DNA of 64,000 bases from Corallochytrium limacisporum Hawaii (lineage: Eukaryota; Protista; Pluriformea), in NCBI GenBank assembly GCA_002811645.1, contig PDIP01000033.1, forward strand, positions 182,556 through 246,555, in the 5' to 3' direction. Positions 11,203 through 24,657 of the stretch are shown piece by piece. The stretch's first letter is position 1. Each line of letters opens with the position of its first letter. The notes beneath the pieces were generated by a model. It was not told where the DNA came from. It did no database searches and saw only the letters and a program-made list of their open reading frames with translations. The position numbers and the translations under genes are program-made.

Positions 11203-14200
11203 GGGGGGGGGGTTTGTGAGGGACACCTCTTCCCCCCCCCCCCCCCAACCCGCCCAAGAAACCCTCCCTCTCCTTTTTGCTCTAAAACCCCACGGCCGTT
11301 GGTTTTTTTCTTCTTTAATTTCTACTTTCGCCTGCTGCCGCTTGTCCACCACCCACCCTCCGTCACCGTCACTGCTTCGATCGGTGGTTGGCTGGGGCTG
11401 AAGTCACCGACCGCCCCAGTTGGCTTTTTCGCCACTCGTACACCGAAGAAGAGAAGTTTGCAACGGACACACACACACACACACGGGCGGGAAACCAAAA
11501 AGGCGGGTTGAAATAACTTCCGTTAATGGATTCTCCGTCCCCTTTCCGTCGTGTGTGTGTGTGTGTGTGTGTTCGCAAAGGCCGCGAGCGAGTTGTGTGT
11601 GTGTGTGTGTGTGTAGAGGACCGAAGGAGAGGGGGCGGGGGAGGGGGGGGTTCGTTCTCTGATGAGCGGGTACCCTCCCGCCCGCTTCCGTTGAAAAAAC
11701 CTGCGGGAGAGGAAAGTGGGGGGAGGGTGTTTGGAGTTCCTGTCCCGCTGTTCACGCGGGCAGAAGGGGTATTTTTACAAAAAAAAAAAACAAGGATAGC
11801 TCCCGGGTACTAATTCCGTACTGAACAACAGCAAACAACGGGGAGAGAGAGAGAGAGAGAAAGGGAGAGAGACGAAAAGAAGAGCAGGAGGACAGCAAGC
11901 TTCAAGGGCTCAGCTGTTCGAATGTATGGCTCTACTCGCCTGGCATTACGACGATTTGTACCCAGAGAAGCATGCCGAGACCATGTCCGATATCACCACT
12001 GTCAGATCGCAGCCGAGTAGTAGTACCACTGGAGAAAGGTTCTGATTAGTGACTTGTAATACGCGTAAGGTATGTACATGGTGCGTGGAGTTCGACCCAA
12101 TGGCTAGTCGTGGATATGCAAGACCGCCATATGAACGAACGATCAACTGCTGAGAAGATGTGGGTGATAGGCTGCAAGATCAGTTAAGTGGTGAATTCGT
12201 GCGGAGAGGCTACAATCTCCGCGCAATGATATAAGGACGGTTTCACCCGCGCAGCCTCGCGGTTTTCCAGGGATTTTGAATACTCTTTACTCGTTCACGC
12301 TCGGGAAGTTTGGGCGGGCCGGAGCGAATCGTCATCCCCCGGGCCTTGCGCACCAGTAGTGAGCCGCGTTGATTTCAATAACCAATGTATGACATTTATT
12401 GGTCATTTCTCGCCCTTCACGAAAAAAGAAAAAACATCCGGTCACCTGAAGACCCCGTTGGGACGGCTTTTCACCTTATTATTGTCCGGCTTATTCCTTT
12501 TCTTAATTCTTTGTTTTCGGTGTGTGAGTACCAAAAAAATGCAAGGGGAACCACCACTGCACCCCGCTCACTCACCCAGTCACTCACTCTCTCTGCAATT
12601 TCTTTCAGTCGTCACTTCCCGCGACCCCCCGCCACCTTGCCCGGAGGGGAGGGGCATCCGGGTCCGAAAAGGGCAAGAAATCCCATGCCCGCGACTGCCC
12701 GAAACAGCCGACAGCGGTGCGCTCCCACCCTCCTCGAAAGACTTCGCGGCAACCTTGTCGATGTCCTCGGTGGATCCTCGCTCGGTGGAGGACAAAAAGC
12801 CTGGGTAAAGCATGTCCGTTGTTAATGTATGAAGGAATCGCACGCCTCTAGCGACCCGTGATGCCTTTTGGCGCAATTGTGGCGACAATGCGGAGTGGGG
12901 AGTTGGTGGTGGGGGGGGGAGGGGCCAACGGACCAAGAGCCGTAACCTCGCTCGTTTCGTCCAATCACCGCCGTCGTTTCAACAGCGCGTCCGCCTGCCA
13001 CACTGCAAACAAAAAAAAATGGTATAGAGTTTGTATGGAAAACGCACGGGGCGGGGGGGACGAAGGGGTTGAAAAACAGCCCCCCTCCTCCAGGGGGGAG
13101 GGGGATACCTGCATTTCGTTCCAGCTCCGGCTGCGTTAATGCAGCAAGGCGCACATCCGCGGCTCCCGTATAAGAGTGTTCCTGCACAGGTCCATCGCAA
13201 TACGAGAGTGACCTACCAATTCCGATTGCTCTCGTGGTCAGATGTACCAACATGATGAATGGTTCGAGCCGGAAACCAAGTCTGGACATACTGTTCCGTG
13301 TTGGGGCACAAGGGTTTGGGTGACCATGGATGTTCGACCGGGGACGGTGCGCAAGCTTGACCCTCCTTAGAGATCCTAGTGGCGCAGAGTGCACAGCGGT
13401 TACAGCATCTGATGCCAAAATTGTCTTCCACACCAGCTGGATGGTAGGCAACGTTGGAGCACCACTTTCGTGATCGGATGGCCTATGTTCTCCCTGCACC
13501 AGAACCGGCACTCAGGCAAGAAGGACCTCACGAAATCGAGCGAGATGTAATACGCAGATTGCATTCCAAGAACATCCCTCCAGAAGGATTTCAGAGAGAT
13601 GAGGAGCTGCAAAGCATTTAGCAAGGGTTGCGGGTTCATGGTCGTGTGTGGAAGGTGCCAATGGTGTTACGGTTGTTGGTTATGGTTTGGTCCTCTGTTG
13701 AGAACGTCCAATGATGGATGGGGCTGTACCCTTGCTTGTGGCCCACGATGACGATCCATGTTGACGATCCACTGTGACACGGGGAAACCAGATGGTCCAA
13801 AAACGTGTACCCCGTACCAGTATGTGCAAAAGTACTAACAGTGGACCATTTGCAGTCCGTGATACCCCCGAAACTCGTTCTTCACCCACAGCCCAGCCGG
13901 TGATCGTGGCTGCCGATCGTCCTCTTTTCTACTCGTTTGTGCCCTTCATTTGCGATACTTGTCGACAAAGTGGATTTCGAGTTCTGTTGCAATCCTGGAG
14001 GTATGCTCCCCTCATGGCTCTGAGGAAACTGCGGGTGAAGTTATCCACTCCCGAAACTATGAGCAATGTCAGTCACTCCAAGTAAACCACATCAGAGGTG
14101 ACACACCCCTATTCCAAATATTGGTAGCAGATTATTGGTCACGCACGGCAACAGACGGACGAACACCCTCGAAACAATTGGCCCGCACAGGTGTAATCCA

Positions 14201-15848
14201 TCTTGCCCTGGAGGTTCAACGCCAAGCATACACAATCTTGTCCCTACCCCCTACCAGCGAGCAAACGACCCGTTTTAATATTGCGCAGTCCCCCAGGCAT
14301 CTCTCTTCGAGTTTTCCTAACCCCACTTCCCGTCTTCCCGCCTAGCTTGTTTACTTTTACTGTGATGTCGTTCGGACGCGGCTTCCGCCCCCCCCCCCCA
14401 ACCCCCCAACCCCCGGGGCCCTTCGAAACTGGGCTGTGTGTGTGTGTGTGTGTGTGTGTCTTTGTTGCTGGTGCTGCTGAGGGAGCGGGGGTGTTTGCTT
14501 CTTCTTAGTTTGCAGCCCGCCCTGGCTCCGGGTGCGCCGAAAGGTGCAAGTGGTGGACAGCGGCGGTTGACAGAGTTGTTCCTCGTGACACTGCACCAGG
14601 GGGGTCATGTGCTTGTGCAGTGCAGTCTCCCTGAAGACAATACGCGTATACCGACCTCAGATCTGCGGTAAAACAACTCGAAGCACTACACACAACTTGC
14701 GTCAATAATGCTACCTAATCTCCGCAACCGAACCCGATAGACCCACACACATACATGAACTTTTCTTGTGATGTCGCGGGCTCAAGTCTTACCTCTCAAC
14801 CTGGGTTAGAAAATGTTCCTCTTGTGTAAGAATATGACATAACCAAAGCACATCTGACTGTTGTCTGGAATCGCATCAGGGGTCACAAATATTTGATGTT
14901 TTAGCGATATCCACCCCCTGCATTCACCAGGAACGACAAAGGATGATAAGGACACTGAAAGGAAGAGAGAGGAGAGGAGGGGGAAGATATCATGATTGTA
15001 CACGGCGCTTCTTGTACGATGATGCTGGATGACATATGCCGGATGCCTAGCAGTTCGCACCTACGTTGCAACTGGCTATGAACGCGTATCGAAACGTAGG
15101 TCGTGCACTACTCCTAAACTATGCGGGCCTGTTGGGGTTGTAGCTGCTTCCTTCCTCCTGCATCTCTGGCAGTGGCGAACCGCTGGGCTACAACGTGTGT
15201 GGGATCAAAATGGCAGGAAAATTGGCCAACTAAACCTTGGATGTCGCGTGCTCCCAGAAATAGCTCTGCGAAGAGTACGTACCAACGTAAACCAGTGGTC
15301 AGATCCTTCGTAGCTGCCCCTGGTCGCGTCCGAACGGATGAACCCCTGTATAAGTTTCCGTAGATCACGTATTGATACTTCGACCACGCTTCCCTCGAAC
15401 GAATTGTGGATGCGTTGTGTGCCAGAAGCGATCCAGCTGAACTGCGCACTCTTGCTTTCTTGCAACTGTCTCAACTACTGCACCGGCCAGACACAGATTG
15501 CCATGCAACATCAAACACTTTCAGAATCGTGGACCTTCCAAGAAGAAGTCAGAATGAAGATGGTATTCATCCAGGATGTTCACTGGGATTTGAGCAAGGA
15601 GGAAACAGAGAGGAAACGTGATGACTGGAGTTCCTGAAACAAACTGATCTCGGGCTGCAGATTGAGGCCAGCAGCACCTGCACAGTGGGCGGACAACTGA
15701 CGCAATTGCGTGAGCAGAGGAGCCCGGAAACCAGACTCCCGTTTCTAATTAAAAATATATTATATTAGGGTACAGTTTTAATCAGATGGGCGATGTAGAA
15801 CGAGTCAGTGGTTTTGGGCGGGGGACGGGAGAGGTTGGTTGGCACAGA

Positions 15849-16280
15849 CTATCCTAGGGGCTTGATCATATCGAGGCATCCCTGGAGCTTGCTGGAGAGC
15901 TCGTCGGTCTCTTGCTGATGCTGCAATGATAGAGACTCGCGCTTTGCTGAGACTATGAGCAAACACGCTCGTGCAGTCTGCAGCAGGCGCCAGAGACGGC
16001 TCTGGTCTGGCATGTCCGTCCGGGCCTTAACTCCCTTTGACGAAGATGTCTCTTTCAGATACTCGCTTAGAGCTTCGACTGCGTGACGCGCAATTGCTAT
16101 GGCCTGTTCATCTGCGGCTTGAACGAGCTCTTCCAATTTCTCCGGAAGCAATACCGCTGTGTCCAGTACAGCTGAATCGTCAGGTAAGCCTACAAAGACT
16201 GGGTCGTGTGCCGGGGCCCTTTCAATGTCCTCTAGCATCTCTGCGATACTAGGTGGATCGGGTAGCTGTGCTTCGATCAT
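15849..16280 (-). CDS. UPF0449 / C19orf25-like protein
   Basis: N-terminal LP.PPSIAEMLEDIERAPAHDPVF resembles the UPF0449 signature as I recall it (PP+..++EDV..AP..DPVF). C-terminal coiled coil. Confidence 0.7.
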   Translation of the reverse strand: MIEAQLPDPPSIAEMLEDIERAPAHDPVFVGLPDDSAVLDTAVLLPEKLEELVQAADEQAIAIARHAVEALSEYLKETSSSKGVKARTDMPDQSRLWRLLQTARACLLIVSAKRESLSLQHQQETDELSSKLQGCLDMIKPLG

Positions 16281-16853
16281 ATTCTATTGTCAGTCACGTG
16301 TCCGTACACACTCCTTCATTTACCCGAACATTTTGTAATCGTCTCAAACGCGAAAACTCTTCCTAAAGCATAGGAAGCGCACTCTTGCTTCTTCAAGACC
16401 ACCTTTACTCCGTAAATAGCTGGTGAAGCCGTACACTTGACCTGGGATCAAGAGTTTCTGTCTTCCCTAGCCACTGCTCTAGACAATTACTTTGAAAATT
16501 TGTTCTCTGGCCAGTAAAGAGCTCTCTCAAGCTACACAAAAGCCCGTGGCTAACGGGCGGTGCACAGTATACACTTTTGCGGTACGTTGTTTTGGAGGCG
16601 CAAGTTGTGCCTTCCCTCCCCCCGTTGAGCCACCCTGACCCTTGCCGGTGGGTAGGGGACCGGGCACTGTGTTTGGACCCGCCACAAAAATGACGCAATA
16701 AACCGCAGCTATTTCACGGGATCGGCCTGCACTTTTACATGCGTAATCCGTAGGACATAAGCCAATACTATGAACTTGTACGAACAGCGAAGACTATGGA
16801 CTTCACATAGGGACATACTCAGACCCGCTAACTAATTCACTGCAACCGCCACA

Positions 16854-18134
16854 ATGACGAAAGGTGGCTATTCCCGGCCCGGTGCTACTGAGCGCACGGG
16901 ACCAAACAACACCATATGGCGCATGCTACTTATTGTTGGCCTTTCGGCTTTCTTTGGGTTGCTAGTGATTGTTAGCTCAATGACAGGCGATGGATCCATA
17001 CCCAGCTCTTTGGCTTCGGGAATCAGTCCGAGTCATGGAAAAGCAGACAATGTAAGAAATGGACAGGATACCGTAACAGTCGTTCAAGAGCTGACCCTTG
17101 TACATGTATCGACACAGACACAAGTAATAACCCAGTCGCCGGTCACGCACACAGTTACAGAATTGGCAACTCAGGTGGAGGTCGTCGAATGGAAGGAAGG
17201 TTTCGATGACCTTGCGTTTGAGGTCTACAATCCAACCACTGGTCACTTTTCAAACGAGCTCTATCTGGATGACATTATTCTTGAGGAAAATGGTCGGGAA
17301 TTCGTGGCGCTTGTGTATTTTTCAGAAGCATTTGTTCAGATGCTGCGGGTAGCTGTTTGCAATGCACATAAGTCTGGACTCACGAAGCAAATCTTTGTCG
17401 GGAGTGAACGCGGAGCGTGCATGGCTCTCTTTAGAGGATGGAGTACATTTCAAGAATACGGTAATGTGAAATGTATTGTACCATCCAAGAACTTAGTAAC
17501 CCTAGGTGGAGAAGTTGCGAATTGGAACCTCGTAGCAGGTAGTAATTACGCAAAAGTACTCGAGTTCAAAGTGCAGTCAATTATTGACGTCATGACCTGG
17601 AAGTACAGCAACGGTAAGCGCCCGGATCTGTATATGTATGACGCGGATGTGATTCATGTCAGGAACGGTGCTGTCAAAAACATGCTACAGAGTTTTCCGC
17701 GAGCAGATCTTATCGTACAAGACGACAGTCGGCCGCGCGAACCGGAAACCAAGGACTGGATTAACTTTGGCCTTTTCTATGCCCGAAATACTGACCAGAT
17801 GGTCAACTTCTTCGAGCGCGTGCTCAGTGAAATGAGAGATCGTGGGGTACCCGATCAGGATGCAGCACAGATGCTATTGCGAGGCAATTTCCAGATGGGC
17901 GAAGATAAGAGCGAGAAACCGCTTCCCAAAGATGTGCCACTGGATATTCCTTGGGAAACTGCTGATCCGAACGAGTACTCCAACACCTGGTACGTTTGGT
18001 ACCACAGGGAGAAGGGCAACGAAGGGTACCATCCGTTCACTTGCCACATCAACGGCATGACCCTTCCATTAAAGATGGAACAGCTTCACCAACTCAGTCG
18101 CAAACACTGCCTCATCAATCTAACAGGAGACTGA
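16854..18134 (+). CDS. Type II membrane nucleotide-diphospho-sugar transferase (GT77-like, GT-A fold)
   Basis: N-terminal TM helix, Thr/Val-rich stem, DxD motif YDADV, then DLIVQDD, INFGLFYAR, DQ and CHIN motifs. Confidence 0.8.
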   Translation: MTKGGYSRPGATERTGPNNTIWRMLLIVGLSAFFGLLVIVSSMTGDGSIPSSLASGISPSHGKADNVRNGQDTVTVVQELTLVHVSTQTQVITQSPVTHTVTELATQVEVVEWKEGFDDLAFEVYNPTTGHFSNELYLDDIILEENGREFVALVYFSEAFVQMLRVAVCNAHKSGLTKQIFVGSERGACMALFRGWSTFQEYGNVKCIVPSKNLVTLGGEVANWNLVAGSNYAKVLEFKVQSIIDVMTWKYSNGKRPDLYMYDADVIHVRNGAVKNMLQSFPRADLIVQDDSRPREPETKDWINFGLFYARNTDQMVNFFERVLSEMRDRGVPDQDAAQMLLRGNFQMGEDKSEKPLPKDVPLDIPWETADPNEYSNTWYVWYHREKGNEGYHPFTCHINGMTLPLKMEQLHQLSRKHCLINLTGD

Positions 18135-18991
18135 TCCTCCACTTGTACTGATCAAGGATTCACTATTGCCGATTACAATTTTAAAGCATTTTTTAGTATT
18201 CTGGCTGTCAATCTATTTTTGATTCACGAGCATTCGCCCTCCCTTACGATGTTACCATTTGAATTCCCGCGTTGATTACATTTTTGTGAATCAAGGATCA
18301 CCAGTACACGTCTACTATTGTTTTTGTTTCTCTCCCCTCGGACCCCGGTGGAGCAGGGGTCCCTCCCTGTGGTCGCTATAAGTGTAAATGCTCCAGACAC
18401 CTCTCAAACACGAATCCGTCCTGGTAGTACTTTCACTATGGGCAACAGGCGTCGTTCTTTGCCGTGCCCTCCAAAATAATTGTAGTCGGCGGGCAACAAT
18501 TCGGGTTTTCCCAGTAGGAGGGCACCCACGGTGCAGTCGAGGGAGCGTGTGCACCTGCGGTCCTCTTCCCATGGGGCTCCCCCTCCCCCAGTACTGAATT
18601 CGAGAGGGTTGTGAGTTCTCCCAGCCAATGGTTGTTGTGTCATTCACTCTCTACCCTTTTCGGGTCTGTGAAACTCGCGAGCACGGGATCGGCGGACCAG
18701 CAAACGGTCAGTTTTGAAGGGCTGTGAGCAACTGGGGTGAAGAATGAGGGCACTGTACGACTGTCCGTGGTGCAGTTTATGATAGTGTTCTCGTGTGAAA
18801 GATCGAAAGCAGATCAAAGAAGGTAGTTCAGAACTGTGAATGAATGGTGTGTCGCGCTCGATATGACCGTCAACATTGTTAGGTTCAATGGAGGTAACTG
18901 CAGGATATACTTGCATAAGAAAGGCAATGAGACGTTACGATATCAATTGAAATAGATGGAAATTCTGAAATTCTGTGTTGTAGAAATATAA

Positions 18992-19861
<870 letters not shown>

Positions 19862-20381
19862 ATGATAATGATCCGCGGGTATCGCTATAAAACTAAACAT
19901 CTTGCACTTGAAACATCATCGTGTGGCACAACACACTGCAACATCATCCTTAAGAAACATCTCTTTGCCCTATCCAATGTCATGAAACTCTTTATGATGC
20001 ATTAAAAACACAAACATGTGTGCACCTTTTTGGTTCTGATCCCTGTTATACATCATAAGCATCATCATTCTGCTCCTATGGTCCCTTCATCCGGTACCAT
20101 CCCGTCTCATGAATCTCCATGCATTCCAAGAGGACCGGTACCGAGAATCCTCCGGTCTCAGCGGCCCTAAATGGGGGGGGGTTCGCCGACAGGAGTCCCC
20201 TCCCCGACGGTTCTCATTCTCTGCAACCCCAGCCCCCTCCCCCCGGGCGGGGGGGCTGGGCTCCGTCCGTTACTCTCAGTAACTGCTCCCCCCCTCCTTT
20301 CTCTTCCCTAGTTATTCCCGAAATATTCAACGCTGGCGATCCATAACGAAAGAACTGAAGACTGTCGCGGAGTCGAATGCG

Positions 20382-20396
20382 CGCGGGAATTTCGAA
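20382..20396 (+). promoter_or_regulatory. CDE/CHR-like tandem element upstream of Aurora kinase
   Basis: CGCGG + 4-nt spacer (GAAT) + TTCGAA. Additional TTCAAA (reverse complement of TTTGAA) at 20467 and 20629. Confidence 0.45.
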
Positions 20397-20724
20397 TAAA
20401 GTGGTCGGTGGGGCCAGGAGAGGGCGGCGAGGCTGAGGCCATTGGGCGGTACACCGCAAGCTAGAATTCAAAAGAGTTGCCGTGGGTTTGTGCGTCCGAA
20501 GATGTTTCTTAGTGGTAGTGGTCTCAATTTCATTTTGAGAGCTCGGTACTGAAGGGCTGTCTTTGGTATTAGTAAATCGCAGACACATTGCTTGCCGGCC
20601 AACTGTTCGGCTATTTCAGCGAAGACTCTTCAAAATCACAAAGGTTGAACCCAAAAGAATCTAACCGGTACACCTATTGACGGAGTCATTACACCAGATC
20701 ATACACACGTATTTCGGGGAAAAG

Positions 20725-21768
20725 ATGTCTAACATCGCTGGTATCCGTGCGAAGCTGGACGCCATGAAAGCGTCTTCAGCGTCACGGGCAAGTGGCACAG
20801 ACTCTAGCGGGACAGTGAAGGGATCGCCCCTTGCTGACCGTACCAACATTAAGAATACACTAATTAGCACAGAGACACCGACGGCCAAGACTCCCAAGGC
20901 ACTTCATATGGATACGGATACCGGAGAGAAGACATGGAGCTTGGACGATTTTGAGATTGGCCGACCTCTTGGCAAAGGTAAGTTCGGTAAAGTCTACCTA
21001 GCACGTGAAAAGACAAGCAAGTACATTGTAGCGCTCAAGGTCCTCTACAAGAGTCAACTGTGCAAGAACAAAATGGAACACCAACTTCAACGGGAGATTG
21101 AAATTCAGACCCATTTGCGTCACCCGAATGTGTTGAGGCTGTTTGCCTACTTCCACGACGAGAAGCGCATCTTCCTTGTTCTGGAATACGCAGCTGGAGG
21201 AGAACTGTACGAGGAGCTCCAGAAATGGACCTGTTTCACCCCGTCTCGTACTGCATGGTACATATACCAGTTGGCAGATGCGCTACAGTACTGCCACCGG
21301 AAGAACGTCATCCATCGCGATATTAAGCCAGAGAACTTGTTGCTATCTGATGATGGCACGATTAAGATTGCGGACTTTGGATGGTCCGTTCATTCTCCGA
21401 ACCAACGCCGCAACACCATGTGCGGCACTCTAGATTATTTGGCTCCAGAAATGGTGATGGGGGAGGGACATGATGAAGGTGTCGACGTTTGGGGCCTTGG
21501 GGTTTTGTGCTACGAGTTCCTAACGGGAACGCCGCCCTTCGATGCGCACTCGTACACAGAGACCTATCGGAACATCCACAATGTCAATTTCAAGTTCCCG
21601 AGTTCAGTTGATCCTGGAGCCCGAGACCTCATCCGCAAGGTATTGCAACGCCGTGTGGAGAAACGTATCAGCCTGAAGGACTTGATGAAGCACCCTTGGA
21701 TTCAGGAGTACAAGACCGCCTATGAGAAGCAAAGGGCAGAGAAGGCCGCTGGCAAGGCCGATGCTTAA
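20725..21768 (+). CDS. AURK: Aurora kinase
   Basis: [54 protein letters not shown]. First ATG at 20725. Confidence 0.97.
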   Translation: MSNIAGIRAKLDAMKASSASRASGTDSSGTVKGSPLADRTNIKNTLISTETPTAKTPKALHMDTDTGEKTWSLDDFEIGRPLGKGKFGKVYLAREKTSKYIVALKVLYKSQLCKNKMEHQLQREIEIQTHLRHPNVLRLFAYFHDEKRIFLVLEYAAGGELYEELQKWTCFTPSRTAWYIYQLADALQYCHRKNVIHRDIKPENLLLSDDGTIKIADFGWSVHSPNQRRNTMCGTLDYLAPEMVMGEGHDEGVDVWGLGVLCYEFLTGTPPFDAHSYTETYRNIHNVNFKFPSSVDPGARDLIRKVLQRRVEKRISLKDLMKHPWIQEYKTAYEKQRAEKAAGKADA

Positions 21769-22356
21769 GTCTCAATTTCCTTCCATTTCCTTAACGACCA
21801 CAATGTCACACGGCATACAAATCCATAAACACGATTATTCATGTAAATAACTTGCCAGCAGTCATGAACTCTTCCATGGCGAGCCCAACTCCTGTAGGCC
21901 CAGCAGAGATTGACGCCGCCCACTGGCTCCCCGGCCCCTTCTGAAATTTAGGCCCCGCCCCATTCACCCCACTCCGACCCGCTGCCATTGCTCCTCTCCG
22001 GGCGTAGTGTCTCCAGGCCACGGGCTTCGGACTTTTGCCAATTTCCTCCCCCGTTTCCCCCCCCCCCTCCCTCTCTTCTCTCTCTCTCTCTGACCATGCG
22101 CGACCGGCAGTACGTTCACTACCGGACCGCGGCCGCACCCCTGGAGCAGGCACCGCATCACGGGGCAGGGTAGGTCGCGAGCCCCACGACGAAAAGGAAG
22201 GGAAGCAAAAAAAAAAAAAATGAAGAGCGCCTTCTCCAGAGGCTGAATAGCGAATGTACGAAGGCAGACCGCACCGACCCTCTTCGGCCAACCACCACCA
22301 CCAGCAAAGAAAAGAGCTGAAGACAGCGCGGTACGTAGTGCTTCATTTTTTTTTTT

Positions 22357-22559
22357 NNNNNNNNNNNNNNNNNNNNNNNNNNNNNNNNNNNNNNNNNNNN
22401 NNNNNNNNNNNNNNNNNNNNNNNNNNNNNNNNNNNNNNNNNNNNNNNNNNNNNNNNNNNNNNNNNNNNNNNNNNNNNNNNNNNNNNNNNNNNNNNNNNNN
22501 NNNNNNNNNNNNNNNNNNNNNNNNNNNNNNNNNNNNNNNNNNNNNNNNNNNNNNNNNNN
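22357..22559. other. Assembly gap
   Basis: N run between poly-T and poly-G. Confidence 1.
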
Positions 22560-22940
22560 GGGGGGGGTGTTAAGGGTCTTTGCAGTTTGAGTGCGCAGCA
22601 GAACAGCGGGGCAGTTTTGGCTTACTTTGGCGGGAAGGGGGATCTGGACCCCCGAGGGCGGTGCCGGCAGAGAGCCTACCCCCGGTCCCGGAGGGAAGCG
22701 GGTGGCTCACCGCCTGTATCACGCCACTTGAGACCCGCCTGCGCTGGGGTCTGAGCCGGTGGGCAAAGAGGTACTTGGGAGGCCGAAAGTGCGGGCATCT
22801 TAGGCCGTGATGCGATGGGTGTATCGGTCCTACACAGCCTTTGAAAGCATTAGTAGGGGACTCGATCACAATTTAAAGCAATAAACACGATCTAGTGTAG
22901 AAAGACTTCGTCAGGGGAAGGAATCTCACAGTTGTGCAAG

Positions 22941-24476
22941 ATGGACGAAGAATACGAACATTCTGGATACAATAGTATCGACATAATGCGCATGCTCGTC
23001 GCGGTCATGAACAATCGCGGGGGTGGGATCACTGTACGCATGGAAGAGGACTCTGAGGAGGAAGACGATGATGCCGTGGACCAACAGGACTTGGACACAG
23101 TGAACCCGAAGGCGCTACAAGGGAGTGCCTTCCAACAGCAGGTAAAGCATGACTCAGGTATGGGTTCAAAGTCAAATGTAATGCAATTATTGAAAAACAG
23201 AGAAACCAACCAAACGGGAAGGAGCCAATTTAATGAGGTGGAGAAGGCAGCGGCGATGGCCACGCATTTACCAAACGGACCGCCCATTGAAGTCGACGTT
23301 GACATCCATGATCAGATATTTTGCGGAAAGTTTAGCGAGAATGGTAAGGTTTTCATGTCTGCAAGTCAGGGTGCCATGATCCATCTCTATGATGTGGAAG
23401 ATAACTGGAAGGTGTTCAAAGCTATCCCTGCGCGCCACACCGGCTGGGCTGTTGTGGATGTTGCCTTTAGCAGGGATGCACACTGGATCATTTACTCCAG
23501 CTGGAGTGACCATGTCAACTTCGTAAATCTCGTAAGCGCTGAGGAATACCACGAGCCTCTTCTGTTTAATGAAGGCGATCATCATTTCTGTCCCTTTAGT
23601 ATCAAGTTCAGCCATGATGCCTCCGAAATCCTGGCAGGCGCAAATGACGCATGCCTGTACATCTATGACATGGAAGAGCGTAAGGTTTCACAACGCTTCC
23701 GTGCTCACGACGACGATATCAACTGTGTCAACTATCTAGATGAAGGCCGTAACATTATTCTGTCCGGTTCCGATGACAGTATGTGCAAGGTATGGGACCG
23801 CCGTGCTTTGTCCAACAAGAAGCCCATTGGTAAGATGGCGGGCCATAACAATGGTCTGACCTGTATTGATCCAAAACACGACGAACGTCATTTTATTACC
23901 ACTTCGAAGGACCAAAGTATCAAACTCTGGGATATTCGTAAAATGTCCGATCCGGAAGCCCATATACATCCCAGCCGATACGCAATGGGCCAGTGGGACT
24001 ACCGAAGCTCTGTCGCATTCAACAGAGGCAAGCTACCAGCAAAACACAAGCACGATACGTCGATCATGACCTATCGGGGCATGTCGATTCAACGGACTCT
24101 GATCCGCTCCTATTTCAGCCCGAAGGAGACGACTGGACAGCGTTACATCTACTCTGGTAGCTACGATGGCACTGTCTACATCTTTGATAGTTTGACGGGC
24201 GAGATTGTAAAGCGCCTGGAAGGACACCGCCATTGTGTTCGTGACGTGTCTTGGCATCCCTATCGACCACAACTGGTGAGTGTGGGCTTTGACTGTACGG
24301 TCAAAATGTGGAACCATGAGTCCCTGAACAAATTGGGTACCAACGAAAGGCCAAAGGCCCGGAGACATCATCGATCCAATGAGACTGACTCTATGGACGA
24401 GGATGACCATTCCTTCTACGATGAAGATGATGACGACGATGATGATCCAGATTATGATCCTTTCGAGGTGTACTAA
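22941..24476 (+). CDS. DCAF11: DDB1- and CUL4-associated factor 11 (WDR23/LEC14B) WD40 protein
   Basis: WD40 repeats with WDRR/WDIR DWD boxes, WDYR, TYRG....TLIRSYFSPKETTGQRYIYSGS, RDVSWHP. First ATG at 22941. Confidence 0.93.
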   Translation: MDEEYEHSGYNSIDIMRMLVAVMNNRGGGITVRMEEDSEEEDDDAVDQQDLDTVNPKALQGSAFQQQVKHDSGMGSKSNVMQLLKNRETNQTGRSQFNEVEKAAAMATHLPNGPPIEVDVDIHDQIFCGKFSENGKVFMSASQGAMIHLYDVEDNWKVFKAIPARHTGWAVVDVAFSRDAHWIIYSSWSDHVNFVNLVSAEEYHEPLLFNEGDHHFCPFSIKFSHDASEILAGANDACLYIYDMEERKVSQRFRAHDDDINCVNYLDEGRNIILSGSDDSMCKVWDRRALSNKKPIGKMAGHNNGLTCIDPKHDERHFITTSKDQSIKLWDIRKMSDPEAHIHPSRYAMGQWDYRSSVAFNRGKLPAKHKHDTSIMTYRGMSIQRTLIRSYFSPKETTGQRYIYSGSYDGTVYIFDSLTGEIVKRLEGHRHCVRDVSWHPYRPQLVSVGFDCTVKMWNHESLNKLGTNERPKARRHHRSNETDSMDEDDHSFYDEDDDDDDDPDYDPFEVY

Positions 24477-24657
24477 ATCTTCGTATCTATATTATGACTT
24501 CCAACGAAAAAGCAACAAAAAGAACATCATTTCATTACGCTCCTAATTCCATGATCTTCCGAATTACATTCCAAATGATGACCCATGAACGACTAGGTGC
24601 TTCGAAGAACGGCTACTTTGCTTGAATTCTGTTTGTTTTATAGAAACGGTCTGTCCG

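Noticed and set aside
11086-11250. Direct repeat of G-run-TTTGTGAG.GACAC.TCTTCC-C-run
   Set aside because: The copies flank an N gap between homopolymers. Most likely the same locus assembled twice.
12822-15637. Assorted 70-230 aa ORFs in the desert
   Set aside because: Non-ATG starts or low-complexity content, no motifs, and no consistent frame suggesting a pseudogene or transposon.
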